Below are positions 13,545 through 25,075 of a stretch of DNA of 64,000 nt, piece by piece (position 1 is the first letter of the stretch; each line of letters starts with the position of its first letter). The position numbers and the translations under genes were made by a program. The notes under the pieces are model-generated. The model was not told where the DNA came from. It ran no database searches and saw only the letters and a list, made by a program, of their open reading frames with translations. Source of the DNA: Marsupella aquatica. Its lineage: Eukaryota > Plantae > Marchantiophyta. The DNA is taken from contig OZ316898.1 of the NCBI GenBank assembly GCA_973895155.1, positions 9,561,761-9,625,760 of the forward strand, written 5' to 3'.

Positions 13545-15569
13545 CCATTCAACTTTCCAAACCTCCTTCCACTTGCATTGCCCAAACCTCAAACCGAATC
13601 TCTGCCAAATGTCAACTTTTCGAACCTCCTTCCACTTGCATTGCCCAAACCTAGTTCCCTCCAAATGCCACCAAGTACTTAGAACTATTGGTGGAGCATT
13701 CTTCACTGCCTTTGTAGACTATTGTTAACTTACCAAGATTTATCTGCAAATGATGCATGTATCATTCCTGCCTCTATTGAAGATTGCAGGTTCACAGTAG
13801 TTACCTAGTCACAGCCTGCACGGATAGGAGGATAAATGAAGTGGTGCGGGCTGTGAACAAAGCTGGTTCATAGTAGTTACCAAGTCACTATACGGATAGC
13901 GGGATGAATGAAGTAGGTGTAGGCTGTGAAGCTTGATTTGCCATATGCTAGACCTTTGAGTGCTGGAGGAGACTAGAAAATGCAGTGACCGACCTCATTG
14001 CACTGGTAATCCTAGAGTAAAATTTTCAAAGTTGCGAAAAAATACAGCACGGTCCATTCAAATTTGTGCTGCCGCATTGCAAATTACCCACACGTAGAAG
14101 CAGCATTGCTTGTGAATGACAGTATACGTGGAGGATCAATGTAAACAAGTATATAACATGCAATCCACATTTGCAAAACTCGACAGGCTTGGGCACACGT
14201 GACCACAATTGGAAAGAGTCCAAGTCCACTTGACATTATTTTACTGTCTTTGCGGCTGCGTGTCTTTCGGGCGTCATGTTCAGACTCAGCTGGATTGCCT
14301 GAACCTTTGCTACATTCAGGTACAACATTTTGATATTGCCCCGGGCTTCTCGACTGCTCTCTATATTGAACCCCCACCTTTGCTTTTCGTGGAGTAAACC
14401 TGGTGGGAGGCGCTGGTTCTCCACCGTTGGATTTTCTTTTTGTGCCACATGAAGCAAGGACCATAGGAACGGAGGGACCCGACACTACTTTCGTGAGGAC
14501 CACATCATCAACTTCAGTGGGCTGGGTCACCCCACTTGGCGAATGCGGCTTGGGCACATACGATCGTGGAGAGGGCAGAGCCAATACGGGAGTGAGTAGA
14601 CAGGGTGCGTTGGGAAGAGGGGGCGGATGACTTGGCCGGGGACTTGGCACATCCTTACGGGCTGGTGGTGGTGGCAGAGCAAGAACCGAAGGGTTGGGTT
14701 CAGGCATGGGGCTGACATGTAAGACAGGACTCTGCATGTCAGTTGGGTGGGGGGACGGAGTGGAAGACCTCCACATAGCCAATCTTTTGTTGGCAACCTG
14801 ACAATAATTGACGATGACAAAGTGAGTTACAAAGCGAGTGACAGAGTGAGTTACAGTAACAGAAAATGATTAACATTGTAAACTCATAGAAGTTATTTAC
14901 TTAATACGAGAAATCCCTAATCTGGATGAACACCGTAATTCCTGCCATAATCATGCACATTGTAATAAAACACTACTTTAAGACATGTAAACTGTGGCAA
15001 GGGAAGTACCTGATTCTTTGTTCGCGCCATAAACCCTGACACCTGCAAGTGATTTCGTGCAATCATAGTACGTGCTTAGTAAAATTTCAGGAAATGAATA
15101 ACAATGTACGTTCCAGTTATTCAATTTTGCATGGAGTCGAACAATGATGGTATACAGTTCCAGGCAAATACATATGTGCCAGACAATTGATTCATGGCAA
15201 AACCGAGTGAGTTCTAGGCATACAATAAAATGTAAGGAATGCAGCAAAAGCGGATGAAAGGAACGGTGAACAGTATGCAGGACACCGTGTTTGAGATAAA
15301 TATTTGTATGCTGCAAATTTAGGTATACAATAGTCCTGCCACTCGAACAATGAGTGTTCATTCAGGAGCTTGCCAGAGACAAAGTTCCTTCGAAAAGGAA
15401 GTTCCTTCCAAAACGACTAAGTTAATCAAACGCTAAACTCATTCTAGAACTACCAGTTGCACCCAGAGTGCACATCCAATGATGAACTGAAAACTTCTGC
15501 TAGGCATCGGACAATGGATGACATTGTGCCTTGGGTTTCTGAAAAGTCATCATCGTCACCGCCTTCCTC

Positions 15570-16345
15570 CTATACCGCCTGTGAGGAGTCTCCTGTGGTC
15601 GAAGTCGGTGTGGTGTGCGATGCTGCCTGGGTTTCGCTTATAGGTGATTGTGCGGTCACCATGGATGGGGTACTGTTGTTTTTTGTTGCAGGGGAGGAAT
15701 CTACAACTCCCGAAGCAAGTGGAACAAACCTGGGGCCATTGGAACATGGTAAACGTGGAGGGTGTGCCCTGCGTGGAGCTCTGGAGCTGAGCCGTGTCAC
15801 AGGCGCTGTAGGGGTTCGAGTTTGAGTCCAAAGATGGGATTGTGGCAGGGTACTAGTTGATGCTACAAGGTCCAACTCATTGATGGACAGTATACCACGA
15901 TTCATCCGAAAAACAACATTGCAAAGGGGCGCACCCTTCACCGCATCATGGATTAACTGGAACTGATCCAGTGGATCCATACAGGCTAATGCAGCTGCGG
16001 ACAGGCCCAACAAATTTTGTGCTGCATCCCAAATAGCGGCCCGCAAAGCTGGCTTCCCTAGTTAGGTTCTAGTGAACCATCGGTTAACAACAACTCGAAC
16101 CGGAAGAACTTGCTATATGTCCCATTCTGCAACGCATCATGCTTGCAATGCTTCTGCCTTGGACCTTCTATTAAAATTTTGCACAACCCTCTTGGAATGA
16201 CCTCTATACAACCTCGATATAGGAACTTTTTTGGAAAAGGATTTGGGGCAATGAAATTGAAAACAACAACACTACATGGACCTATGTACCCTGTCTCCTC
16301 CCTCATCACAGCTGCTTGCACATCAAACAGAGTTGGCATCGACAT
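15570..16345 (-). pseudogene. RPA1 C-terminal OB-fold/Zn-ribbon-like ssDNA-binding protein, frameshifted (Helitron-type RPA)
   Basis: FLYRGC...CK...HCKH...FFRFELLLTDGS then, after a 1-nt frameshift at ~16058, LRAAIWDAAQNLLGLSAAAL. This matches the Rep_fac-A_C pattern (YxxC..C..l.l.D.tg...a.llG.sA). A Pro/Ser-rich tail follows and may continue in 14084-14782. Confidence 0.6.
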
Positions 16346-17106
16346 TGAATTTCTCTTACCGGTTCGCGCTATGAACCCTTCAGATGAGACTTGAAAATGC
16401 CTAGTTCTCTGCGCAATTCAAACAGCGTTTAAGTGAATACTAACTCACCCTGCAAAAATACCTGAACATTGGAAGCGCATCGTGAGGGAATGGTTTGTAA
16501 TGCAAACACTAACCAGATGCGCATGGACCTCGAATGTCGGCTGCCAAAACGTTGATTTGCAGAGTATGCAATAGGGCTTGCACTATCCTCAAAAAGGGTC
16601 GCGCGGGAAGGAATGTTCTGGACTCCAATTGCCTTCTTAGGTATTGCATCCCTTCAACTCGTACCCCTGGAATACAGTCCCTTTTGCATACATCGCGATG
16701 GAGTGTAAATCCAGGCGACCCAAGAGGGGGATTTTAGCACCGGTGCAATCGGGGGTGCGGGCCCGGGACGGGTTTTCATTTCAATAGGGACAGTTTGGGG
16801 CATGCTTTGGGGACAGGTGCGGGAGTGCCATGGCCGATAAGGGACATGCTGCCCGAATAGTGTACGGACTGCCCAAAACCGTGAAGTGATGTAACCGCGA
16901 CATTCAACACTATAATACCCTGTAAACCCTCCCTCTCGCCTCATTAATGTGCATCGATATTTGGAATTGCGCTGAATATCACTAATGAGGAGGATCAAGA
17001 ATGATGCGTCTCCCTCCATTTTTTGAAGTGGCTTGATTATTTCCCTTGTCACAGAAAATGGTATATTTCGGAAGACTATCCCCATAAAAGTGACCTGAAC
17101 TTGTAT

Positions 17107-17360
17107 TAGGGATGGGAAGACTATCCCATCCCTATAAAAAGTGACCTAAACCCCGACCTAGCCTTATGCTACATTTTTTAATAGGTAGATTTTAAATCTA
17201 ATCTGGCCGGGCCTTGTATTATAGTTTTTAATAGGTAGATTTTAAATCTAAAGTGGTCTGCCCTGGTATTTATAGTTTTTAATAGGTAGATTTTAAATCT
17301 AAAGTGGCCTGACCTTGTATTATAGTTTTTAATAGGTAGACTTAAAATCCAACCCACTAG
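17107..17360. repeat. Hairpin plus 50/51-bp tandem repeat (3.5 copies) with internal palindromes
   Basis: Perfect 11-bp stem tagggatggga/tcccatcccta (17107-17134). Unit ...tttttaataggtagattttaaatcta... with period 50-51 from 17175 to 17350; each complete unit contains the palindrome TAGATTTTAAATCTA. Confidence 0.85.
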
Positions 17361-17789
17361 TGTGACTCTGGTGAGTGAATAGGAGGTTCCGGGTTATGAG
17401 CCAACAACGGTGACAGCAGGAGTGACATGGGCAAATAATATATTTAAGGACAGTCACAGAATTGTCCAAAATTCATAAGTGCAGCGCGCGCATGTGGAAT
17501 TTCCTTTTATTTATTCAGCTATCTCAAATAGGAAGTAAACGGCAGGCCCCAGCAAGATCTTGTCAAATCATTGGGTCCCAGGCAGGTATCCATTTGTTGT
17601 GCCTAGTAAGGGAGAACAAATTAAATCTGCCACAAAAGAATAATAATTTAGAAAATATTACACGTACTAGCTAGGTATCATAGAGCACAGATCCTTTTCA
17701 AAGACAGTTCTTTTGTTTGTACCTCTTCATAGGAAATGATGAAGAACACTTAGTAGACTCTCCCCACCCCAATCGTGACAGGGACCCAC

Positions 17790-17945
17790 ACCAGGAGGGA
17801 GAGAAGGTAAAACAGGGCCACAAAATAGAAAATGGCTATCCACAAAATACATTCCACCCACACACATATACCTGTGTGAAGAGAGGATCAAACCTGTGAC
17901 CTTTCAGATTGAGGTTCATCCCCTAGCCAAGTGACCTAAGCCACT
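17790..17945 (-). mobile_element. Putative degenerate tRNA-derived SINE
   Basis: The minus strand has A-box-like AGGTCACTTGG and B-box-like GGTTTGATCC, followed by cacacaggtat...gggtgg, which resembles 48725-48860. Confidence 0.3.
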
Positions 17946-19093
17946 TGGTTCCTTTTCAAAGGTCTTATGGAGGTCATTGTTTGGGTGTGAGTTCCTAGAG
18001 CCTTGCTAACATGAAAATGGATCTATTAAAAGTGTAAACGATGCTGGTTAGATTTTGGTGTATGGAGTTAATTCCAATCCAAAGCCTCTCATGGTGCCGC
18101 CATAGAATTTTGGATTTGCTTAGATGGGACCGATGCCTCATCTAATGGCTATAGACAGGTACTCTTCACAGCCTGCGGTGCAAAGTGAAGCCTATGTAAG
18201 CTGGGATGTAATTCTTGTCAGACAGGAAGAAACACTATGGGTGTGTGTTATCTTTTGTACTAGGTGGTTATCATTTCCATAACCTGGAAAATTTATGGAG
18301 TAATTTTTTTAACCCGGTAATTTTTTTTCATGACAATATTACTTATGATAATGATGGAGGCCACGGTTAGTAATCCCAAACCAAAAAGTCATTACCCTAT
18401 ACATAATTGAAATGGGGTGTGCTGATGGAGGGTTGAGGATGGGTGGAGGGTTGAGGATGAGTCTCAGAATATACTGACCCTCTATTTATGTTCAAAGATC
18501 AAACGGGCCCTTCCCGGGACACTTAGTCTAGCTGGCGTTTTGGAGCACTCTCTGATTAATATCATGTTCTCACTGAGCTCACCATACGAATCACAAGATT
18601 TATTCAGGCACAGGGAGCTAAGAACTCGGACATTAGCGAAGAAGATGGAGAAGAAAATGAATACGATCATTAGTACCAAAGTCCAATATTGGGCCACCTT
18701 AATGTCTGAGCGATGCATAAGCTCAAATGGGAGCTCACTCGGAACCTGATCGACTATTTAACTCACTTGAGGAGCGAGAATAGCACTCAGCCGAGTGACA
18801 AATCCTGCAGGCTTTATATCAGACATTAGAATTTGTCCTTCGGACTGTGCCTTCCAAATGACAAACAGCCTCCTAGACAGGATGTATGAAATGCTTCCTA
18901 TCTACGCATTCATTCAAATTTGCTCGACAGACAAGATCAAGTTCTAGCACGGAGAATACTCCAGAATTTCTCGTTCCGGCAAAATCTCTTCGTGCATAAA
19001 ACATGAAACTAAACTATATATAAACGATATAAAATTAACACTAGGGACTCCATAACTGCACCCGAGATTGGACTCAAAAGTGTGGTTGCTTTA

Positions 19094-20416
19094 TCAAGTC
19101 GTGTATCCAGCAGGTGACAGAAGCGCAACCTCATCGATCATAGGCCCGCAAGAGTCATTGAAGTTAAGGCTGCTAAATGAAATTGATGTAACGTTTGTCA
19201 AAGCCCAGAAGGTAACAGTGTGAAACTGCCATAGACTTCCTATGTTGATGCTGTTTGAGCTTGACACATTCATGGTGAAGGTCTGTTGTAACTCAGGTCC
19301 GGCATTCGGTACTCCTGCTGTGACGTTGACAACTGTAGAACTCGCGTTAGTTACCCGCACCATCAACCGAGCTTCGTCGTACGTTGGGCTGCATTGCCAT
19401 GTTGGCCGGGATTCTATGTACAACTGTGGGGGAAACCCATTGAAGTAGAAGGAGAGAAGGTATTGACTTCCCACCTCCGTTGCAATCGTTTGACTGACCT
19501 GACCCCAGTGATCAGCGTCTGAGTGAGTATTCAAATGAACGCTGTATGATCCTTCAGCAGGTGCAAGCAACCCAGATTTCACATAATCAATGGGGCCATA
19601 GTCAATGACCCACCCACAGAGGGAGAAGTAGCTGGGTGTCGCTTGGGTCCAGTCGTTCCAAGCAATATTAGATCCGGCTTGAATTGTGCTTCTTTCGAAA
19701 CCTCCGTTGACAATTTTACCAAGAGACGAATTGGCGACCTTGAGCAACCCCTCGACCGTGAACCTGTTAGTAAATCTGTCAATCAAGTTCCTCCCGGACA
19801 GAAATGTGAACTCAGAAGTATACGAATAGCCTGGAACTGGGACGCCCGAGAGGGATGAGTTGAGAGTGATATCGAATTCATAAACTTGACTTGTAGGATT
19901 CGTCTCCTTGTTTGGCAGTTCTCCCACCATAAACAACTGCTCCCCTTGTGGCCTTGGCAATGCGCTGATCACACGGCTGCCACTCCTTCTCCACTGTTGA
20001 CTAAGTGCAGAAGAATCGCAAGGGCGCAATTTCAGTACACCCAGAGAATCCCAAGTGACAGCATCGATGCAAAGAACCTGAGTCAGATTTCCGAAAACGA
20101 TGGTTTGTGAAGGTTCGTGGTAAGCCCACATCTCGTTATGTTGAACTCCATCGCACCTGTAGGTGCCAATTGTGAGGTTCCAGAAAGGGCCGTTTGCTAG
20201 ATCTGCAGCAGTTCGAGTATAGCGAGTGTCATATGTCAACCCGTTAATGCAGTACGTGCAGTAAGGTTCAGAACCAGGACTGTAGGTGCCACTGGCAAGC
20301 CACCCGAAGTCGTAGTCTTCGGGGTTGGAGCTGTAGTTCCAGACCGCTTGGACGCGCGAAGGCAGCAAGGAATTGCATGTCCACGTGAGCACCAGCACCA
20401 TCCAAAACATCGTCAT
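19094..20416 (-). CDS. Secreted ricin-B-lectin-like + DUF642-like protein (ectodomain-only paralogue of the kinase at 29426)
   Basis: Intronless 440-aa frame from the first ATG (20416). Signal peptide MTMFWMVLVLTW...VQA. Ricin-like YRCDG..NEMW / LCID...LKLRPCDSS..SQQW. DUF642-like IVNGGFE...GW...IDY...EGSYSVHLN...QVSQTI.T..G..Y.LSF...CGPMIDEV. Ends TGA TAA with no transmembrane or kinase domain. Confidence 0.85.
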   Translation of the reverse strand: MTMFWMVLVLTWTCNSLLPSRVQAVWNYSSNPEDYDFGWLASGTYSPGSEPYCTYCINGLTYDTRYTRTAADLANGPFWNLTIGTYRCDGVQHNEMWAYHEPSQTIVFGNLTQVLCIDAVTWDSLGVLKLRPCDSSALSQQWRRSGSRVISALPRPQGEQLFMVGELPNKETNPTSQVYEFDITLNSSLSGVPVPGYSYTSEFTFLSGRNLIDRFTNRFTVEGLLKVANSSLGKIVNGGFERSTIQAGSNIAWNDWTQATPSYFSLCGWVIDYGPIDYVKSGLLAPAEGSYSVHLNTHSDADHWGQVSQTIATEVGSQYLLSFYFNGFPPQLYIESRPTWQCSPTYDEARLMVRVTNASSTVVNVTAGVPNAGPELQQTFTMNVSSSNSINIGSLWQFHTVTFWALTNVTSISFSSLNFNDSCGPMIDEVALLSPAGYTT

Positions 20417-20887
20417 GACATCTACAATCGGACCTTTCGTATGATTGGGGTTGGCCAGTGTGCAATCGGCAAACGAACTCCAAGCTACAGAGTTGCTATT
20501 TCTATCTAAGTGTCGATCAGTGTCCCACCCCACAGTCCACTCTGTCTGATTTGAGAGGCCGGGGCACTATTTGCCCATTCACGTATGGTAAGCCCTTGAC
20601 GAAGCATAGCATTGACGAGTAAGACGATCCAAATGTGGAGTAAGTTGGTCTCAAGTCGAGATGTGCAAGATCACAACGACCAAAACTGCGTGGGCCATCG
20701 GAAACTACTCGGCAGTTAGTGGCTGCAATGTGGCAAGGAAAGTCGTGAGAATTTTTCCTGTTCATCTTGTTATCTATGCTGACTAGGTATGTAGCCTGAC
20801 AATTCGCATTTCGTTTAGGGAAAATGGTCTCTCGGGATGGCCACTGTCTGAAGCGGACCAGTCACTCGGCGCTCAGCATAATTTGTC

Positions 20888-21299
20888 AGAACTTAAAGCC
20901 GGGATAGACACAAACCTTTGAGAAAAAGCCAACTTAAAGCCGGGATAGACACAAATGTTTGAAAAAAAGCCCCTATGGACAAACACAACCTGAATGGACA
21001 CAGAACAAACCTAAGATTGTGCTTGTATAATACACTTTTCACTTGTGCTCCAATGGTGACCTGTAAGGAGCTGTTTGACTGGGAGTAGGAGATTTTTGGT
21101 TGTTTTTTCCCGTAGTCTGTCCAGCAGGAGCAATGGAGGAGGTTAAACGTACTTAACATAATGTCTTGGCTAGCTTCCTTTCATAAGACACCTGTAATCC
21201 ATTTTGGGTGTCATTAGGGATTGGTGTTACACTGTCAACAGGCTATGTCCATCGGGGTTGTCCCTGCAAACATTTGTGTTTATCCCGGCTTTAAGTTCT
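20888..21299. mobile_element. MITE, 412 bp, with 8-bp target-site duplication
   Basis: TIRs AGAACTTAAAGCCGGGATA...TATCCCGGCTTTAAGTTCT, flanked by AATTTGTC at 20880-20887 and 21300-21307. The left TIR is internally duplicated. Confidence 0.85.
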
Positions 21300-22177
21300 A
21301 ATTTGTCTTGATGTTAATATCTTTTACTATTCTGAATGGCTTACGTAGCAAAGAGTATTAATTATGTGGGGATTAAATATGCCAATCATTCCGTCAGATA
21401 GGAAAATGAAGGGTCACGATGAAGGGAAAATATGGGGTGCCTGGTGAAATCAAAGAGTTGGTTCCATTGAGTGATAGTTACTCATCTAGAAATGAAAGCT
21501 TCGAAATTGGGGGAAATAGGGGGTGGCCTGACCAACTGTGACTAAGAACAACTTGTACAAGTGACTTCACATTGACACTAAGTCATTTCTATATCACTCC
21601 TTGTGCTTCGTGTCAATGTTAGTAAGTTTAAATTGGTTGAAGAGGTTTTTTGACAAGGGAATAACAGTTATTGTGTATCTTTGGTAACCACGAATTATGG
21701 TAATTGTGGTTTAAACCAAGGCTATTTATCTACACACAGCATAGCATTTGGCAGCAATGCTAGGGAAGATCCTAGATTCTCTCAAATCTTCCAAGTCATT
21801 GGACATAGACTTGTGATTGGAAAGCCTTTTCCTGCCATGTGCCCAGAGAATGGTGTTCTAGATATTAACCGGGCTCATGACTTGGCCTGAAATTGTCTTG
21901 TTGTCTGATATTGATTTTTAATATTAAACATTTCTGTCCATTTTGCAAGGCTCACAAATCACGTTTTTCAACAACTTTACATTTCAATTACTATCACGGA
22001 TAATGCCACATCTTATTCAATGAGCACACAAATAATGCCACCCAAAAATTAACATGGGTAAGCCTATATCATGGGAGGCGTTCGAGTGGTGATGCAAATA
22101 AGATTCATGTAGTAAGCCTCACAAGACCTGAACGACCCTAGACTCGTTCACGTAGTAGTGGGCAACCAAAGAGAGAA

Positions 22178-22800
22178 GCTCAGTAGCAGCTCCAAAGCTT
22201 GAGATTTAATGCAAAGACAGCGGAAAGGCATCAATAGTCACTGTGCTTCTGTTGAAAACTTCCTTGCTTCAATACTGTAGGTGAAAGACTTCGAAGACTC
22301 ACGTTGATCGTCCAAAGTCTCATAGCGGCAATGAGTCACGTGTACTACAGTAGCCTCCCAAGACCTTAAAGACCGTGCTAGACTCCTTCGTGTAAAACCC
22401 TAAATGCTAAACCAAAGATAGGCTCAGAATTTGTCGTTTTTAGCTAGTTTGGCTAATGTCAGCTTCTCCAAGGAGGAGATATTGTTTATCAGTTTTACTG
22501 AGTTACTTCATATATCCCTAGATTTCTGGACAATGGCGAATGGGGTCCATGATTTGGTGTAAAGTGGCTAACATATATAACAAAGAATCTAAGTGACTAT
22601 TGGTGTACAGTTAGCAAAGTGGGGAACACTTTTTGAGGATGTGTAATTTGGCGAGTTTGGTGAAAATACGCTTACTCAGAAGCAGCTCCAAAGCTCAAGA
22701 ATTCGTGCAAAGACAGCTGACAGGCACCAATTTTCCCCTTCTGCTGACAAATTCCTGGTTCCCGACTATAGGTGAAAGACTTCGAAGACTCATGTTGATC
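22178..22800. repeat. Diverged ~130-bp direct repeat (two copies)
   Basis: agcagctccaaagct...taggtgaaagacttcgaagactca.gttgatc at ~22178-22309 and ~22674-22800. Confidence 0.7.
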
Positions 22801-23104
22801 TTTTCAAGAGTACCATCGAGGAGGGCACCGTGGATGCCATCCTCAAGATCCGGGTCAAGTAGAGTAGCTTTTGCTCCAGAATGATTGTTCCTGCCAATAA
22901 ACAGTGTGTTCTGTGTGCTGCCTGGCTCCACCACAAGTCCAACAAGTCGACAAGTCTTTGGGAAGTGAGTTGTTCCTGCTCATGGTGCAGACACGTAGTG
23001 CTCGTTGATTGGGATTTTGAAAGAATTTTTTAATGGAGACTTGGACGGTGATTTTGTTTCATGAATGGGTGGGGTCAACCAAGGCTTGCAAGTGGCCAAA
23101 TTAC

Positions 23105-23410
23105 TCGAGGGGGGGGGAGTGCGCCACCTTCGGTTTCGTAAGGGTGGCTTTACAAGAACTTGGGAGCAACAATTTATTTTTTTCTTTCTAAAGTGTGAAA
23201 TGCAATCTAACCTTTCATATGTGGGAACCGGTCACATTTCACTCTACATGATCTTGGTATCACAATCAAGCATAAATATTACCCAACCTAGTCACCTGTC
23301 AGTGGGCGGCCCCTGGTGGATCCCATTTTTTGCTGTGATGTGTGCAAGATTTGTTGTTAAAAACTTAGACCTCCTTGTGAGGTGGTCTAAAAACGTGGAG
23401 AAAATGGCTG
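23105..23410. repeat. Dispersed repeat family A, copy 1
   Basis: Shares ggtggctttacaaga and agacctcc...gaggtggtctaaaa blocks, in the same order and spacing, with 40610-41230. Confidence 0.55.
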
Positions 23411-24239
23411 CTTCTTTTTAGGGAATTGCATTGATTACTTCCTAACCTGACCCATTTTGGCTCAGGGTTTTCAATTTTGTGTAAGATGGTCATCAGCTCT
23501 GCTTTGGATGGAGAGACACTGAATTGCCCCACCCTCTTGTAAAGCCCCCTTAATGGCAAAAATTGGTCAAATTCCAACTCACTTAAACCACACTTGTCTT
23601 ACAAAAGCTCCCTATTGCTCATTCCTGAATAGTGTACTTGCCATAAATGAAGGTGTCCACTTTATATTGTGAGCTACAGGTAATTGCGGTTTAACATCCA
23701 CTTAGCTTTTATAAGAGCATCTCGAACCCAAGGGGGTTTTGCTTATTTGGTACATTATATATTCAGTCTGACAATTATATATTTAGTTCACTTACTTTAC
23801 GTGTCATTAGGAGTCAACTGAAAGGCAGCCCCAACCTTGATGGGGTAATTTCCCTACACAGCAGGTATCAACATTTGACAGCCATAGATTGAGATCTTGA
23901 AAACCTAGCAACGAGCCCACTAAGGAGTCAAGTAATGTATAATCTCCCATATACAGATCCAATAACCCCATTACTAAATTTATCCTTTTCCCACCTACAC
24001 ACACACTAGACAGAATCCCTCCCTCCTCCTACTCTCCCTCCTTCCTGGCCATTCCCTCTGTCCTTTCAAGTTTGTAAAACCACAGTGTGAGGGATGTTGG
24101 CAAAGTCTTTATTTGGATGGTTGATGTTTTACCACTTTAGTGAGAATCATTCACCCATGTAAGACATTTTTTCTGTTTTAAAAAGAGAAGGCTTTCAAAG
24201 TGAGATTTGAACCCAAGACCACCAGGCTACTTGAAGTCC

Positions 24240-25075
24240 AAACCTCTCTTGTACTTAATTTGTGACCTCGCCCTGAAAGATCACTTTAGGGGGGCTTCTT
24301 GCCCTAGCCACTAGGGAATTTCTTCAAACACTTGGGATCTTCTTAGGAAGCTCACCTTAAGAGGAACAATGAAGGTCACTTTTTATCTACCTGGAAGCTC
24401 CCTTCTTGGACTATCTTGTCTACTTCTCCAGTTTACTAAAGGGATTTTTCTAGTGGTTTTCTGCTGTAAGAACGGCAGGGAACCAAGGCCAGAATGAATA
24501 CCTTTAATATTGAAATCAATAGTCCTTGTTTGCAAAGAGATAAAAGTCTTCACGTGGACTTTCTTGCTAGTAAAGTTCCCGAGTGTGATCTTCGTGGAAG
24601 GTCTGATGCTGGACTTTCATGCCATAGCCAATGTTGCAAAAAAAAACGAGGAGAACCACTGCCTGGGGGCTGGGGTGACCTAAGTCCCGGATACCTCACT
24701 TATTTTTGCCCAACCCATCATCCGACAATCATGTACGAATAAATAAGGTTTTCATTGGACTTTGTAAGTGGAAGACTTATGATCAGAGATCATTAAGGTT
24801 GTTTTAATCTGATTTTGAGGATTTTCAAAACAAAATTAGGGAATGTTCCTACAATCTAGCCTAGAATATTCAAATTTTGGGGGGATTTTAATTTTTTTTG
24901 GACCCCCTTGGAGTGAGGTCTTGACACCTAGGTATCAAGTTCAATCCTCAACCAACCAATTTGCTCCACACTTCTGATGTACATGGGACTTATAGGTTAA
25001 TGCACTCTGACTTGCATGCAACAGCTCAAACATTCTTAAGAGGGTTTGATTTACTCGGGCCTCTTGTCAATTTCC
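24240..25075. repeat. Dispersed repeat family B (degenerate TE), copy 1
   Basis: Collinear blocks shared with 38520-39112, e.g. tctacctggaagctccc..cttggactatcttgt, tggactttcttgc and aaccaaccaa.tttgctccaca. Confidence 0.65.

Noticed and set aside
18482-18718. Short ORF with a hydrophobic stretch as a spliced TM exon for the secreted lectin gene
   Set aside because: There is no convincing donor before the TGA TAA and no similarity to the RLK TM or juxtamembrane region. Not fully excluded without transcripts.
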